Position numbers and translations under genes: made by a program
Assembly: GCA_049647405.1 (NCBI GenBank)
Contig: JBARXP010000099.1
Span: 669-64,668, forward strand
DNA from: Elainellaceae cyanobacterium
GTDB lineage: Bacteria; Cyanobacteriota; Cyanobacteriia; CAKZMO01
Reading direction: 5' to 3'
DNA length: 64,000 nt
Notes under the pieces: model-generated
What the model was told of the DNA's origin: nothing
Databases searched by the model: none
The model's input: the letters and a program-made list of their open reading frames with translations, nothing else
In this document: piece by piece, positions 49,135-58,852 of the stretch
Numbering within the stretch: the stretch's first letter is position 1
Layout of the letters: every line of letters begins with the position of its first letter

Positions 49135-51927
49135 CTACCGCTTAACGGCTTCTCGCACAATGCGAATTCCCTCCCAGGCTGGCATTTTGCCTTCTTTTCG
49201 TGCTTCTAACAGCGCAAAAAATGCATAGAGATTCATAACGCGATCGCGCTGTGTAATACAGTCTAAGCGGGTGCTGTTGACTCGATAGTTCAACAGCCAG
49301 GTCATAAATCGAGGCAAGTAGGGGATTCCTTGCTGTCTATTGTCAGCGAGATTAGCGTGAGCATCGGCTAGGGCTTGCCAAAACTCGGCAGCCAGCAATA
49401 GATAACTGCGAACAGCTTGAACGTCTCGCTGATGAGCGCCACGGGTGAGCAGGGCTTTTCGATCGAAGCTACGAGTATCTCGTCTTGCCATTGTTCGTTC
49501 GCAGGTGCGAATTTTGCTTCGCACATCGTCATCAATTACATCCGCAGTCATCGAGCTACTGCGGGCGATCGCCAAGGCTCGGCTGAGATCTAGGGCAAAG
49601 ACTTGCTGTAGAACACTGGGCAGTTCCAACGACGGATCAAACACAGGATGAAACCCCGTGTCAGACTGCAAGTCAAGGGAAAGTTGAAACTCGGAATCTT
49701 GGGTGAGATGCTGCACATGGGGGCGATCTCGCTCCACATAATCCCGCAGAAGATTGCTAAATTGTCCCTGCCAATCTTGCCATACGCCAGGTTTTAGCCC
49801 AGCCACTCGCCTATCTTGCAGATCCGCACACCAGCACCCGGTTCCTGGCTCTTTGCTGGGGTTTTCTTTGACTTCTACCAACCGAGGCAAGCGATATTTA
49901 AACCGCAGTTCTGGTTTGGCCTGGGTTTGAGTCAGCCAATCGCAAAACGCCTGAGCATCTTCAGCCCGAACCCCCGTCACGGGAAGTTGAGCGTTTTGGG
50001 GTAAAAAGCGATCGCTCGTCCAGTGGTCAGGGTAAGCGGCATGGGGCCACTGGTCTAAGAACAACTGATACTCGGCTTGAGTAATCTGGTGCTGGTCAAT
50101 TTCAGTCTTATTGTTGAGCCGCAGGAGCTGACTCAACCGATTAGACAGCTTCACCTCAGCCGCTAACTTAAAGATGGCTGGGTCAGAAGAGAGCAGCCCT
50201 TCATCAATGGCTTGTCGGAGATGACGGGCAACGTCAGGTTCAATCGGCACTCCATCTTTGTCTAAGGTATAGGCCAAACTGAGCGACGCAACCGTGGAGT
50301 GTTCTAGCGCGATTTCAACAATAGGAGTCGCATCTTTCTTTTGAGCGGCATAGAGATAGAGAGTATCAAACCACCAATCATCCGTTACCCTCTGCAATAG
50401 CTCCTGCTCTTTGCCCAACACCTGAATCTGCACCGCTGCTAGGTAGTGTTGAAAACTCTCATGAGCAAACTCGTAAACTCCCTCCGCTTTTTTCATGAGG
50501 AGCCCATGAGCACTATCGGTCTGCTGCAAAAACTGCCCTAGAGCAATGTCATGCCCCAAGATTTCAGCCACGGTAGAGCGCAGCGACAGATTATCCTCTG
50601 CTAACTGATAGTCTTGGGTGTTTTGTTCCATCATGGCCAAAGCCAGGGTTTGCAGAAGCGTTCGCGTTTTGTGGGCGATCGCCTCGTCGTAGATATCGCG
50701 ATCTTTCTGCCGTTTCTCAATCAGTACTTCGTAGATCACCGCATAGAGCCGCACCCGGTTTTCGGGCAGCACCGCTCGGTAGTTGTGAACCGTCGTCATC
50801 ATAGTCAACAGCAGCGGATTTAACGCCATTGCAGCCAGGGGTGGATTGTCTTTGATGCGACCAAATAAATCAGTCGCCTTGGCTTGGGCAATCTGTCTAG
50901 CCTGTCGTTTTGACATTCGCGTGGCGGCTGAACCCGTTCGGGGACGGCGCATTAGCTCATTTTGCAGATACCAGTTATGGATAAACCGCTCAATTTGCTT
51001 GAGGGTAAAGGGCTCAACCTTGAGCACTCGTGGAATAGACTTAATCTCAGCCGATTGATAGCCCAATGGCCGAGAGGTGACGAGAAAATAGCTGTCGGAA
51101 TAAGACTTAATCTGCTGCTCAATCCACTGGCTCACGTCTCGACGAGCATCGGCATCAGCAATTTCATCAAATCCATCGAGCATGACAAGGCACTGGCCTT
51201 TCTGTAAGCGACGTTCAAACCAGTTTGGCGGCGGATTGCATCGCCTCACAATCTCTTGACGCTCGATGAGACGGGGCAAGGCAGCGGGCGATCGCCCCAA
51301 CTCTCGCAGCGAAATAAAAACTGGAACCAGCTTAGGAGCACGGCGGCGCTGTTTGCGGTGGGCGTTTTGAACGTAAGTGACAATGAGATGCTTGAGCAGG
51401 GTTGTCTTTCCCGACCCTGGAGGGGCAAGCAAAGCCTGGTGACGCAGGCGAGATTCTTCGACCCCATCCACCACAAAATCCCAGATATTGAAGTCTTCGG
51501 CACTATAGTCTTGCTGAATCAGACCTGCGGAGATTTCCTCCGATTCAGGAGAGGTAATCCCCAACGGAATGAACATCTGCTCAAGCTCCAAAACTTGATT
51601 ACCGATGTCTAACCCGTGGGTGCGATAGTCGCTGAAATGGTACAGCAGAGTCTTGTAATAGTTTCGCTGAAATGGAGAGGTGACCGACACCCAAGAAATC
51701 TCAATCCACCGAACTAAGGTATCTGAGATTGATTCTCCCAATTTTTCAATAACAGTCTTGCTAATATTCGAGAAAAGCGAGGTGATTGAGCCGATAATGG
51801 CAAACAAAATGGCAGCATAAAGTCCACTACCATCTTCAAGGTATCCAAGGAGACGATTGATGGCGATCGCAAAGAAAAAGCCAGCAAGCCCATATTTCTG
51901 AAAAAGTTCGAGAACCTTTTCTCCCAT
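49135..51927 (-). CDS. NACHT-family STAND NTPase with N-terminal TM segment and C-terminal SUMF1/FGE-sulfatase-like domain
   Basis: Walker A APPGSGKTTLLKHL and Walker B LVMLDGFDEIAD of the NACHT module. About 2 TM helices at the N-terminus. The C-terminus carries ...ITQAEYQLFLDQWP...PVTGVRAEDAQAFCDWL (SUMF1/FGE signature). Confidence 0.8.
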   Translation of the reverse strand: MGEKVLELFQKYGLAGFFFAIAINRLLGYLEDGSGLYAAILFAIIGSITSLFSNISKTVIEKLGESISDTLVRWIEISWVSVTSPFQRNYYKTLLYHFSDYRTHGLDIGNQVLELEQMFIPLGITSPESEEISAGLIQQDYSAEDFNIWDFVVDGVEESRLRHQALLAPPGSGKTTLLKHLIVTYVQNAHRKQRRRAPKLVPVFISLRELGRSPAALPRLIERQEIVRRCNPPPNWFERRLQKGQCLVMLDGFDEIADADARRDVSQWIEQQIKSYSDSYFLVTSRPLGYQSAEIKSIPRVLKVEPFTLKQIERFIHNWYLQNELMRRPRTGSAATRMSKRQARQIAQAKATDLFGRIKDNPPLAAMALNPLLLTMMTTVHNYRAVLPENRVRLYAVIYEVLIEKRQKDRDIYDEAIAHKTRTLLQTLALAMMEQNTQDYQLAEDNLSLRSTVAEILGHDIALGQFLQQTDSAHGLLMKKAEGVYEFAHESFQHYLAAVQIQVLGKEQELLQRVTDDWWFDTLYLYAAQKKDATPIVEIALEHSTVASLSLAYTLDKDGVPIEPDVARHLRQAIDEGLLSSDPAIFKLAAEVKLSNRLSQLLRLNNKTEIDQHQITQAEYQLFLDQWPHAAYPDHWTSDRFLPQNAQLPVTGVRAEDAQAFCDWLTQTQAKPELRFKYRLPRLVEVKENPSKEPGTGCWCADLQDRRVAGLKPGVWQDWQGQFSNLLRDYVERDRPHVQHLTQDSEFQLSLDLQSDTGFHPVFDPSLELPSVLQQVFALDLSRALAIARSSSMTADVIDDDVRSKIRTCERTMARRDTRSFDRKALLTRGAHQRDVQAVRSYLLLAAEFWQALADAHANLADNRQQGIPYLPRFMTWLLNYRVNSTRLDCITQRDRVMNLYAFFALLEARKEGKMPAWEGIRIVREAVKR

Positions 51928-52150
51928 GTGTCTCCGTCCCCTTGTAGATGTCCCTGCGGCCTGATCGTGCTATCGCTTACCAGTGTATGAGAAGAAGTCT
52001 TGAATTTCGTGAGCTTTAGAGAGAATTTAGCGGGGCTTCAAGATTCGGGCGCTGGCTATGAGCAGGACAGAAGCGATACGGGCTACACCCAGGCAAACCA
52101 ACGTCCCCATGAGAGTTTTGTAGAAATCATTGCTGAAGTCCATTGCCAAA

Positions 52151-55100
52151 CTAAAGCCCATTGCCAATCAGGATAAAAGGAGCCCAATAATAAGGATGGG
52201 CTAAATCGCTGCCTTGGGAGAGCGATCGCCCTATTTGCAGGTTAGTGCTTTCAATTTCGACACCTCTTGCTCCCTCTAGGATCGTTGCGTTATTTGTGAT
52301 GAGAGCAATCTGGGCACGTTGGAGAGCTTCGGCTTTTGTATAACCATTATTGAGTGCGGCATAGAATGCATCCATCAACACCTGAGTTCCGCCATCGCTC
52401 ACCTGCCACAGCGAGGCGATCGCCGCATCAGCTCCAGCCAACTGCATCAAATAGCCAAATCCTAAAATCTCTTCTCCATTGCCGAGGGGCACATCGCCAA
52501 CCGCCGTTTCACAGGCACTTAACACTACTAACTCTACATTGGGAAACGTCCAATCTTTAATGTCCGTAAGGGTTGCACGACTACCATCACCAAACAAAAT
52601 GAACGAGTTTTCCGGTGGCCCTGGATTAAAGGTGGCGTGGGTCGCTAGATGAATCACGTTGAAGTCGTTCATGTCGTAGATGATATCAACGTTGAAGTCG
52701 GCATTCGTTCGAGTTTCGGTACCGGGAATAAGCTGGACTAAGTTTTCAACTTCTCGGCCAGCAAACGTCAACCCGACGAATGAAAGAGTGCGATCGCCAA
52801 TTTGAACTTGATACTGACCTTCAGTAAACGCAGCGGCTAAGACGCTCAACTCTCCGCGAAATGGCTGACTATCCAGGTCGTCTAAACTCGCGGCTGTAAT
52901 ATTGTTGATCTGAAATTGTTCAACCAACCATTGATTGCCATCGTGAAGAGCCGCCAGGGGAATGTAGCGCAGCTGACGATCAGGAGCATAGATGATGACC
53001 TCTGCATCGGCTTGGGCTAAATCATCAATAATTGGACGAATCAGCCAATCATAGAGTTGCTGAGCTTGCGGAATCGCAGTTTGGCTCGGAGTCCGTAGGG
53101 CAGAACGAAAGTTGGCGATCGCCTGATTGAGGGTCAGTCTATCAATGGCAAATGTACGCCGAATAGGAGGAGCATTGGCCGTGACCAAAATCAGCTCGAT
53201 GCGATCGTCTAACACTAATGGGTATAAAATCACCGCATTTTGGCTCAGAGCTTGCAGATTATTTTGTAAGTCGTTCAGCTCCTCTAGCTCTAGGTTGGCG
53301 GCTCCTGTGATTTGGCGCAGTTGGGCAATCAGCATTTGAATTTCGTCAGACTCAAAAAAGTTGCGAAAGGTCTGTCGAGCATCTTGCTGAAGCTGACGCA
53401 GTTGTCGCACCCGTGCAACTTGGTCAGACGTGCGATCGAGGCGATCAATTTGCTCTAGACCCCGTAGTTCTCGCCCCAGGGCGACCACCCTATTCGACCG
53501 CTCCTGAAACTGGTCAAGGAGACGCTGTTCTTCATCTCGCAGGGCAATACCAGACTCGGTTTCCGCACTACGCTCTACACCTTGAAGATAGTCGTCTAGC
53601 TCCTGCACCTTCAGCAAATCAAGCACTCGCTGGGCTTCTAAGATTCGATCTTCTTGCAGTAGCAAATCGGCAAGCTGTCGGTAGGTAGCGGCAACGGTAT
53701 CTGTGTAGGTTTGCTGAACGTCAAACGGAAGAGTTCTCAGTTCTTGGCGAATCGATTCGGTTAAGTTCACGGCCTGTTTGTAAAATACGATCGCCAGTTC
53801 GATTTCACTCTGCTGAGCAAACATATCGCCCAATCGACTCAAAATGAATCGCTCTCCGTCTCGATTTCCAGACTCTTGAAAGAGGCCAAGCGCAAGTTGA
53901 AAAGCTTCTAACGCCTGTTCAGGTTGAGAAAGAGCACTGTAGCTCACACCCAGATTTGTCAGTGCAGAAGCCTCTCCAATGGGATTGCCAATGTCGCGAT
54001 AGATATCGAGAGATTGTTGTGATGCGCTCACAGCTTCTGAAAAATTGCCAATATCAATAGATAGCGCGCCAATGCCGTTTAGGGTGGCAGCTTCTCCTGC
54101 GCGATCGCCAATGTCTCGACGTAGCTCTAGCGATCGCTCAAAAGCAGTGATTGCTTCACTTGCGTTGCCCTGAATGTTGTGGATGAGGGCAATGTTGTAA
54201 AGGGTGCCCCCCATACCGGGGCGATCGCCAATGTCTTGTCGTATGGTGAGAGCTTGCTGATAGTAGTCAAGCGCTTGATCGAACTGTCCGAGGGCGTAAT
54301 GCAATCCCCCTATGCTATTGAGAATACCTGCTTCCTCTGAGCGGGCACCAAGGGCTTGAAAAATTTGAAGCGACTGCTGGAAGAAACTTAGAGATTCAAC
54401 GTAATTTCCTATGCTGAAATTGACAGTGGCAAGCCTTGACAAAGAATAAGCCTCTCCGCGACGATCGCCAATATCCTGTTGAATTTCGAGCGCTTCTTGA
54501 CAATACTCAAGTGCTGTCGCGTAGTTTCCTAAGTTCCAATGAGCTGATCCCAAACTTACCAAACTCGATGCCTCATCAATCAGGTTACCAATCGATTGAT
54601 GAACATCTAAAGCAGCTTCTAATCTTTCGAGAGCGGCTTGATAGTTACCTCGATTAATCTCAATTAGACCTAAATTAATCAAAATACGCCCAAGCTCTGC
54701 TTGATTTCCAAGATCTTGAGCAACAGCTAATGCGTTTCGAAGAAATTCTTGTGCTTGCGTATAATCGCCAATATTGATGTAGGTAGTTCCAATACTACTG
54801 AGAATACGAGCTTCGACGAGGCGATCGTTAGTTTCTTGACTCATTGAGAGTGCTTGAAGGTTATATCGAATCGACTCTGAGTAATCACCGTAGAGTGTAT
54901 AGATGATTCCAATATTATTAAGAATTCGATCTTTCAGTGCAGATAAATAAGCTGAATCAGATTGAACAAGATTTAGAGCTTGCTGATGAAAGTCTAATGC
55001 TGTTTCATATTGTCCTTGTCTTCGGTAAACGACACCGATGTCGTCAAGAATCTTAGCTGTAATAGAGAGGTTTTCTATATTCAGGCTTAATTCTAAAGCC

Positions 55101-55573
55101 TGCTGATATTGCTCCAAAGCTAAGTTAAAATCACTCAAATTATAAGCAATTATCCCAGACTCATTAAGGCTACGGCTAAGGAGATCAAGATCACCAAAGT
55201 TTTCACTAATGGCGATCGCTCTATCAATATAGTTCTCTGCTTTATCAAAGCAACCAAGAATTCGAGCAGTTACAGCAGCACTATGCAAGAGATGACCGAT
55301 GGCTAATGAGCTATCGTCCATACTATATAACAGTGCTTCTTCATAGACAGAAAGTGCCTCCTGGAACTGATTAGATTGAAATAAATCATTTCCTTCTCTG
55401 AATAGTCTAAGAGTTGCAGTTGTTTCTTCCTGTTCACTCGTTTGTGATATAAGGAACCCGTGCTCATTAAGCTTCATAGCTAGCACAGCGGAATCCGAAC
55501 ATAATAGAATTGATAAGGCAGAGCAAAAGACTGTAGCTATTCTTTTATGAAATATTAGTTCTGAAATAAACAT
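52151..55573 (-). CDS. TPR-repeat protein with C-terminal CHAT (caspase-like) protease domain, signal peptide
   Basis: About 20 TPR units; the C-terminus carries a His...Cys dyad (IHLATHA ... VLSACETA). Hydrophobic N-terminal leader. Confidence 0.85.
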   Translation of the reverse strand: MFISELIFHKRIATVFCSALSILLCSDSAVLAMKLNEHGFLISQTSEQEETTATLRLFREGNDLFQSNQFQEALSVYEEALLYSMDDSSLAIGHLLHSAAVTARILGCFDKAENYIDRAIAISENFGDLDLLSRSLNESGIIAYNLSDFNLALEQYQQALELSLNIENLSITAKILDDIGVVYRRQGQYETALDFHQQALNLVQSDSAYLSALKDRILNNIGIIYTLYGDYSESIRYNLQALSMSQETNDRLVEARILSSIGTTYINIGDYTQAQEFLRNALAVAQDLGNQAELGRILINLGLIEINRGNYQAALERLEAALDVHQSIGNLIDEASSLVSLGSAHWNLGNYATALEYCQEALEIQQDIGDRRGEAYSLSRLATVNFSIGNYVESLSFFQQSLQIFQALGARSEEAGILNSIGGLHYALGQFDQALDYYQQALTIRQDIGDRPGMGGTLYNIALIHNIQGNASEAITAFERSLELRRDIGDRAGEAATLNGIGALSIDIGNFSEAVSASQQSLDIYRDIGNPIGEASALTNLGVSYSALSQPEQALEAFQLALGLFQESGNRDGERFILSRLGDMFAQQSEIELAIVFYKQAVNLTESIRQELRTLPFDVQQTYTDTVAATYRQLADLLLQEDRILEAQRVLDLLKVQELDDYLQGVERSAETESGIALRDEEQRLLDQFQERSNRVVALGRELRGLEQIDRLDRTSDQVARVRQLRQLQQDARQTFRNFFESDEIQMLIAQLRQITGAANLELEELNDLQNNLQALSQNAVILYPLVLDDRIELILVTANAPPIRRTFAIDRLTLNQAIANFRSALRTPSQTAIPQAQQLYDWLIRPIIDDLAQADAEVIIYAPDRQLRYIPLAALHDGNQWLVEQFQINNITAASLDDLDSQPFRGELSVLAAAFTEGQYQVQIGDRTLSFVGLTFAGREVENLVQLIPGTETRTNADFNVDIIYDMNDFNVIHLATHATFNPGPPENSFILFGDGSRATLTDIKDWTFPNVELVVLSACETAVGDVPLGNGEEILGFGYLMQLAGADAAIASLWQVSDGGTQVLMDAFYAALNNGYTKAEALQRAQIALITNNATILEGARGVEIESTNLQIGRSLSQGSDLAHPYYWAPFILIGNGL

Positions 55574-55719
55574 GTCTAAAGTAAACTATTTAAGCAAGTA
55601 AATTGGCCACATAACTTTATCTTTAGCTGTACTAATTTATATTGGTGTTGAGTTAATTCATGAATTAATTATAGCCAGCTCAGACTATTCTACTAAAAAA
55701 TAGTTGTCTCTTTACGAAA

Positions 55720-57033
55720 TCAACGTGTTCCTCTTCCTTCTGTTCTACCAGGTAGTCCTATGTCAGGTGGGCTATAACCAGACCTACCACCATTACGTAT
55801 TGGTAGATTATCTTCATCTTCACTCGACATAATTTCCAATGGCTCGAACTCCGAATCATTAGGAGTGTTTTCTTCTTCATAAAATATGGTTCCAGTTCCA
55901 TAAGAATTGAAACTAGAAAGCCTAGACCAGTAACCAATGAAGCTCTCTTCTCGGATTGATTCAAGACCTACAGATATCAGCAGTGCTTGAAGATCTTCTA
56001 TAGCGATAAAGCTACTAGAAGATCTCTGACTCAACTTGAAAAAGGCAGCAAGAGAATCATACCAAATTCCCTCTTCAGCATACGTGTAAGGCTGATCTAT
56101 GATTGAAGTCTCTATTTCTTGCAAGTCATATGGCAATGGCTCTAATCTTTGAATCCAGCCATTTGTGTAGTGACTTGAACTCCAATCTTCCACTCCAGCA
56201 ACCCAAAATATCCAGTAATACGTTTTGCCGATTTCAAGAGCAGGTAAATCCTCTATCCCTTCTAAGTCAACACCTAGAACTCCAGTCTCTTCTGGATAAG
56301 GTTGGGTTAACTTATAAAGGAATCTACCTTGCTCATCCCAAAGTCCAAATTGAATCGTTAGGTCGCCAAATAGTTCTACGTTGATTATCTCTTCTGTAAG
56401 AGAAACAAAAATTGTAGGTTTAGGTGAGAGCGTATAACCATGATTTGTCTCTGGTGGAACCAATGCCGTCACTAATGGCAAATCCTCTTGTGGTGGATCA
56501 ACTTGTGTCCCGTCGTCTTCGCTGTCACTTGCAATGCCACCCGACTCTCCTGAACCCGGCATAAGAATATCTGGTGGCTGAAACGTAGGTAAACTAAAAG
56601 AAACATGGCGGTCTGGCAGCGTAGATGAAGCCTCTGCAAGAGTAGAAGAAGGCGAGGCAGATAACGACTGTCCCTCAGTCTGTCTAAGAGTGAGCGCCTG
56701 CTGAAAAAATTCCAAAGCCTGCTCATGCTGATTCAGACTTAGATAAATATTGCCAATTTGGTTGAGAGTATCGGCTTGTCCCTGGCGATCGCCCCTTTCC
56801 TCATAAACTCTCAACGCTGCCTCAAACTTTTCTAGCGCTACTTCAAGCTGTTCGGCTTGCCTCAGCTCCATACCTTCTTGAAACAGGCGATCGCCCTCTG
56901 CCTCTTGCGCTTCATCTGGAATAGCTTGGGCGATCGCTTCATTTGCCATCGCCATCGCAACTCCCGATACAAGAGCAGGAATAAGCAGCAGTGAACCGAC
57001 ACTCATCAGAAGCCGACACATTGATGGGTTCAT
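55720..57033 (-). CDS. secreted TPR-repeat protein with uncharacterised C-terminal domain (possibly DUF928-like)
   Basis: Signal-peptide-like N-terminus (LLMSVGSLLLIPALVSGVAMA), three TPRs, a Ser/Asp-rich linker and a roughly 200-aa C-terminal domain. Start set at the MNPSMCRLL ATG. Confidence 0.55.
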   Translation of the reverse strand: MNPSMCRLLMSVGSLLLIPALVSGVAMAMANEAIAQAIPDEAQEAEGDRLFQEGMELRQAEQLEVALEKFEAALRVYEERGDRQGQADTLNQIGNIYLSLNQHEQALEFFQQALTLRQTEGQSLSASPSSTLAEASSTLPDRHVSFSLPTFQPPDILMPGSGESGGIASDSEDDGTQVDPPQEDLPLVTALVPPETNHGYTLSPKPTIFVSLTEEIINVELFGDLTIQFGLWDEQGRFLYKLTQPYPEETGVLGVDLEGIEDLPALEIGKTYYWIFWVAGVEDWSSSHYTNGWIQRLEPLPYDLQEIETSIIDQPYTYAEEGIWYDSLAAFFKLSQRSSSSFIAIEDLQALLISVGLESIREESFIGYWSRLSSFNSYGTGTIFYEEENTPNDSEFEPLEIMSSEDEDNLPIRNGGRSGYSPPDIGLPGRTEGRGTR

Positions 57034-57229
57034 GAAGATGACCATCCTGAATTTAGGAATGCACGTTCTGTATATCACTTAGTCTCAACTCATTCTACCT
57101 ACGCAGTCTCAAACAAGTTTTTGATGAGCAGATTGCCTAAGAGCTTTATATTCAATGTATGTGGCGATCGCGCCTCTCTCAGTAAGGCGGCTTATCTTCC
57201 AAACAAAAACTAAAGAATCTCTCAGGCCA

Positions 57230-57838
57230 TCAAAAATTGCAGCCTGACGGCAAAGGCTCTTGTTGAGCCACATCCACCGCAAACCCCTCAGGCAAATCTA
57301 CAGCACTGAAGCCCTCAGCCACCGTTCCCTTTTGAGCCTGAGTTCCGTAACCGCTCCGATTCATGTGCGATCGCACAATCACCCCATCAGTCGGTTGAAT
57401 CGCAACAGGCCCACCCGATCGCGTAAACGGCTGCTCATCGACATGGCTATGAAGCAGCACCCGCCGATACAACAACTCTCCCTCCTCGCTCAGCACTTCC
57501 CACCAGTCTGCATATTGCTCACACCCCGTATCCGGACTCTGCACCGTCACGCTAAAGGTGAAATTGCCTGACTCTTCACTGACCGAGACATCTATCACCT
57601 CAGCAAAGTCACCTGAACTAGCCTGGGCAGTTGCTATAGAAGAAGGCTCTTGCCGTTCGATAGCTTCTGACTCCAATGGTCGAGGAGAAGAGGCGTCAGA
57701 GGTCGGCGGGTCACTCGTTGCGCATCCTCCCAAAAAGGTAACGACGACAATAGAAAGCACCGTCTTAGAAATGGGTTGCAGTCGCTGAGGCAAAGCTTGA
57801 TAGTGGCTCATTGAATTTTGTGATTTTGACTTGCTCAA
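57230..57838 (-). CDS. hypothetical lipoprotein
   Basis: Lipobox-like FLGGC after a hydrophobic segment. No recognisable domain otherwise. Confidence 0.45.
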   Translation of the reverse strand: MSKSKSQNSMSHYQALPQRLQPISKTVLSIVVVTFLGGCATSDPPTSDASSPRPLESEAIERQEPSSIATAQASSGDFAEVIDVSVSEESGNFTFSVTVQSPDTGCEQYADWWEVLSEEGELLYRRVLLHSHVDEQPFTRSGGPVAIQPTDGVIVRSHMNRSGYGTQAQKGTVAEGFSAVDLPEGFAVDVAQQEPLPSGCNF

Positions 57839-58679
57839 AGAAATGTGTGCTTGGGCGATCGCCTACAATGCAGATGAAAGTCTCACAGTCATTATCGAGA
57901 CAAATAAGGATGCCCCTATGTGCTGGAATGGACAAGCCTCTGCAACTTTGGCAACTCTGGGTTTCGCGAGCACTGCCTATGTCGCGTTTAAGGGGGAAGA
58001 TAAAAAGCTCTGGATACCGCTGGCCTATTTTGCCCTAATGGAAGCGCTTCAGGCTGGAACGTATACAGTTATCGATCAGTGTGGACTTCCTCTCAACCAA
58101 ATCCTAACTTTTTTAGGGAGCCTGCACATCGCCTTTCAGCCATTTTTTATTAGTGCTGTTTCCCTCCATTTCATTCCAACACCTGTGTACAAACGAATCA
58201 GTCCTTATGTTTTTGGATCATGTTTCGTTGGCTCTGTCATGATGTTAACGATGCTTTATCCATTTGAATGGACAGGGATGTGTCATGTTGGGCATGTTCC
58301 CTTTTGTGGTGAACACTTATGCTCTGTCTCAGGAAACTGGCATATTGCTTGGCAGGCTCCCCTAAACGACATGAAATGGCTCTACTTAGGATATTTCATC
58401 CCCGTTTTTCTACTTCCTTTGCTGTACGGATCGTGGAAATTTACGCTTTATCATCTGATGGTTGGCCCTTTGCTTGCCCGACTCTTAACCGACAACATTA
58501 ATGAGTGGCCTGCGGTTTGGTGCTTATTGTCAATTGGGCTATTTTTGATTGTTATCAAAACTCCAATCCGACAACTGCTCTATTGCAACCAGTGGTTTCT
58601 CTGGGGCGATCTCAATCCCCAACTGACCGAAGCATCGCCTGAACTCGACCCCGTAAAGGTGGCTGCATCTGCCGAATGA
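57831..58679 (+). CDS. hypothetical Cys/His-rich integral membrane protein
   Basis: About 6 predicted TM helices. The start is uncertain; an alternative ATG lies at 57915. Confidence 0.4.
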   Translation: MLKEMCAWAIAYNADESLTVIIETNKDAPMCWNGQASATLATLGFASTAYVAFKGEDKKLWIPLAYFALMEALQAGTYTVIDQCGLPLNQILTFLGSLHIAFQPFFISAVSLHFIPTPVYKRISPYVFGSCFVGSVMMLTMLYPFEWTGMCHVGHVPFCGEHLCSVSGNWHIAWQAPLNDMKWLYLGYFIPVFLLPLLYGSWKFTLYHLMVGPLLARLLTDNINEWPAVWCLLSIGLFLIVIKTPIRQLLYCNQWFLWGDLNPQLTEASPELDPVKVAASAE

Positions 58680-58852
58680 AGCTGAATTCTGATCTCAACT
58701 CTTAGCGATGAACAGTTAGGGGACTTATGCAAAACAGTCAGACCAGAAATTTCATCATTTCTTGCCATGCCGTATCGGTCACAGCGGGATGATAGCGATC
58801 GCCACCATCCCGCATAAACGTATAATTTGCCTCCTATAGAAATGATCTCCGT

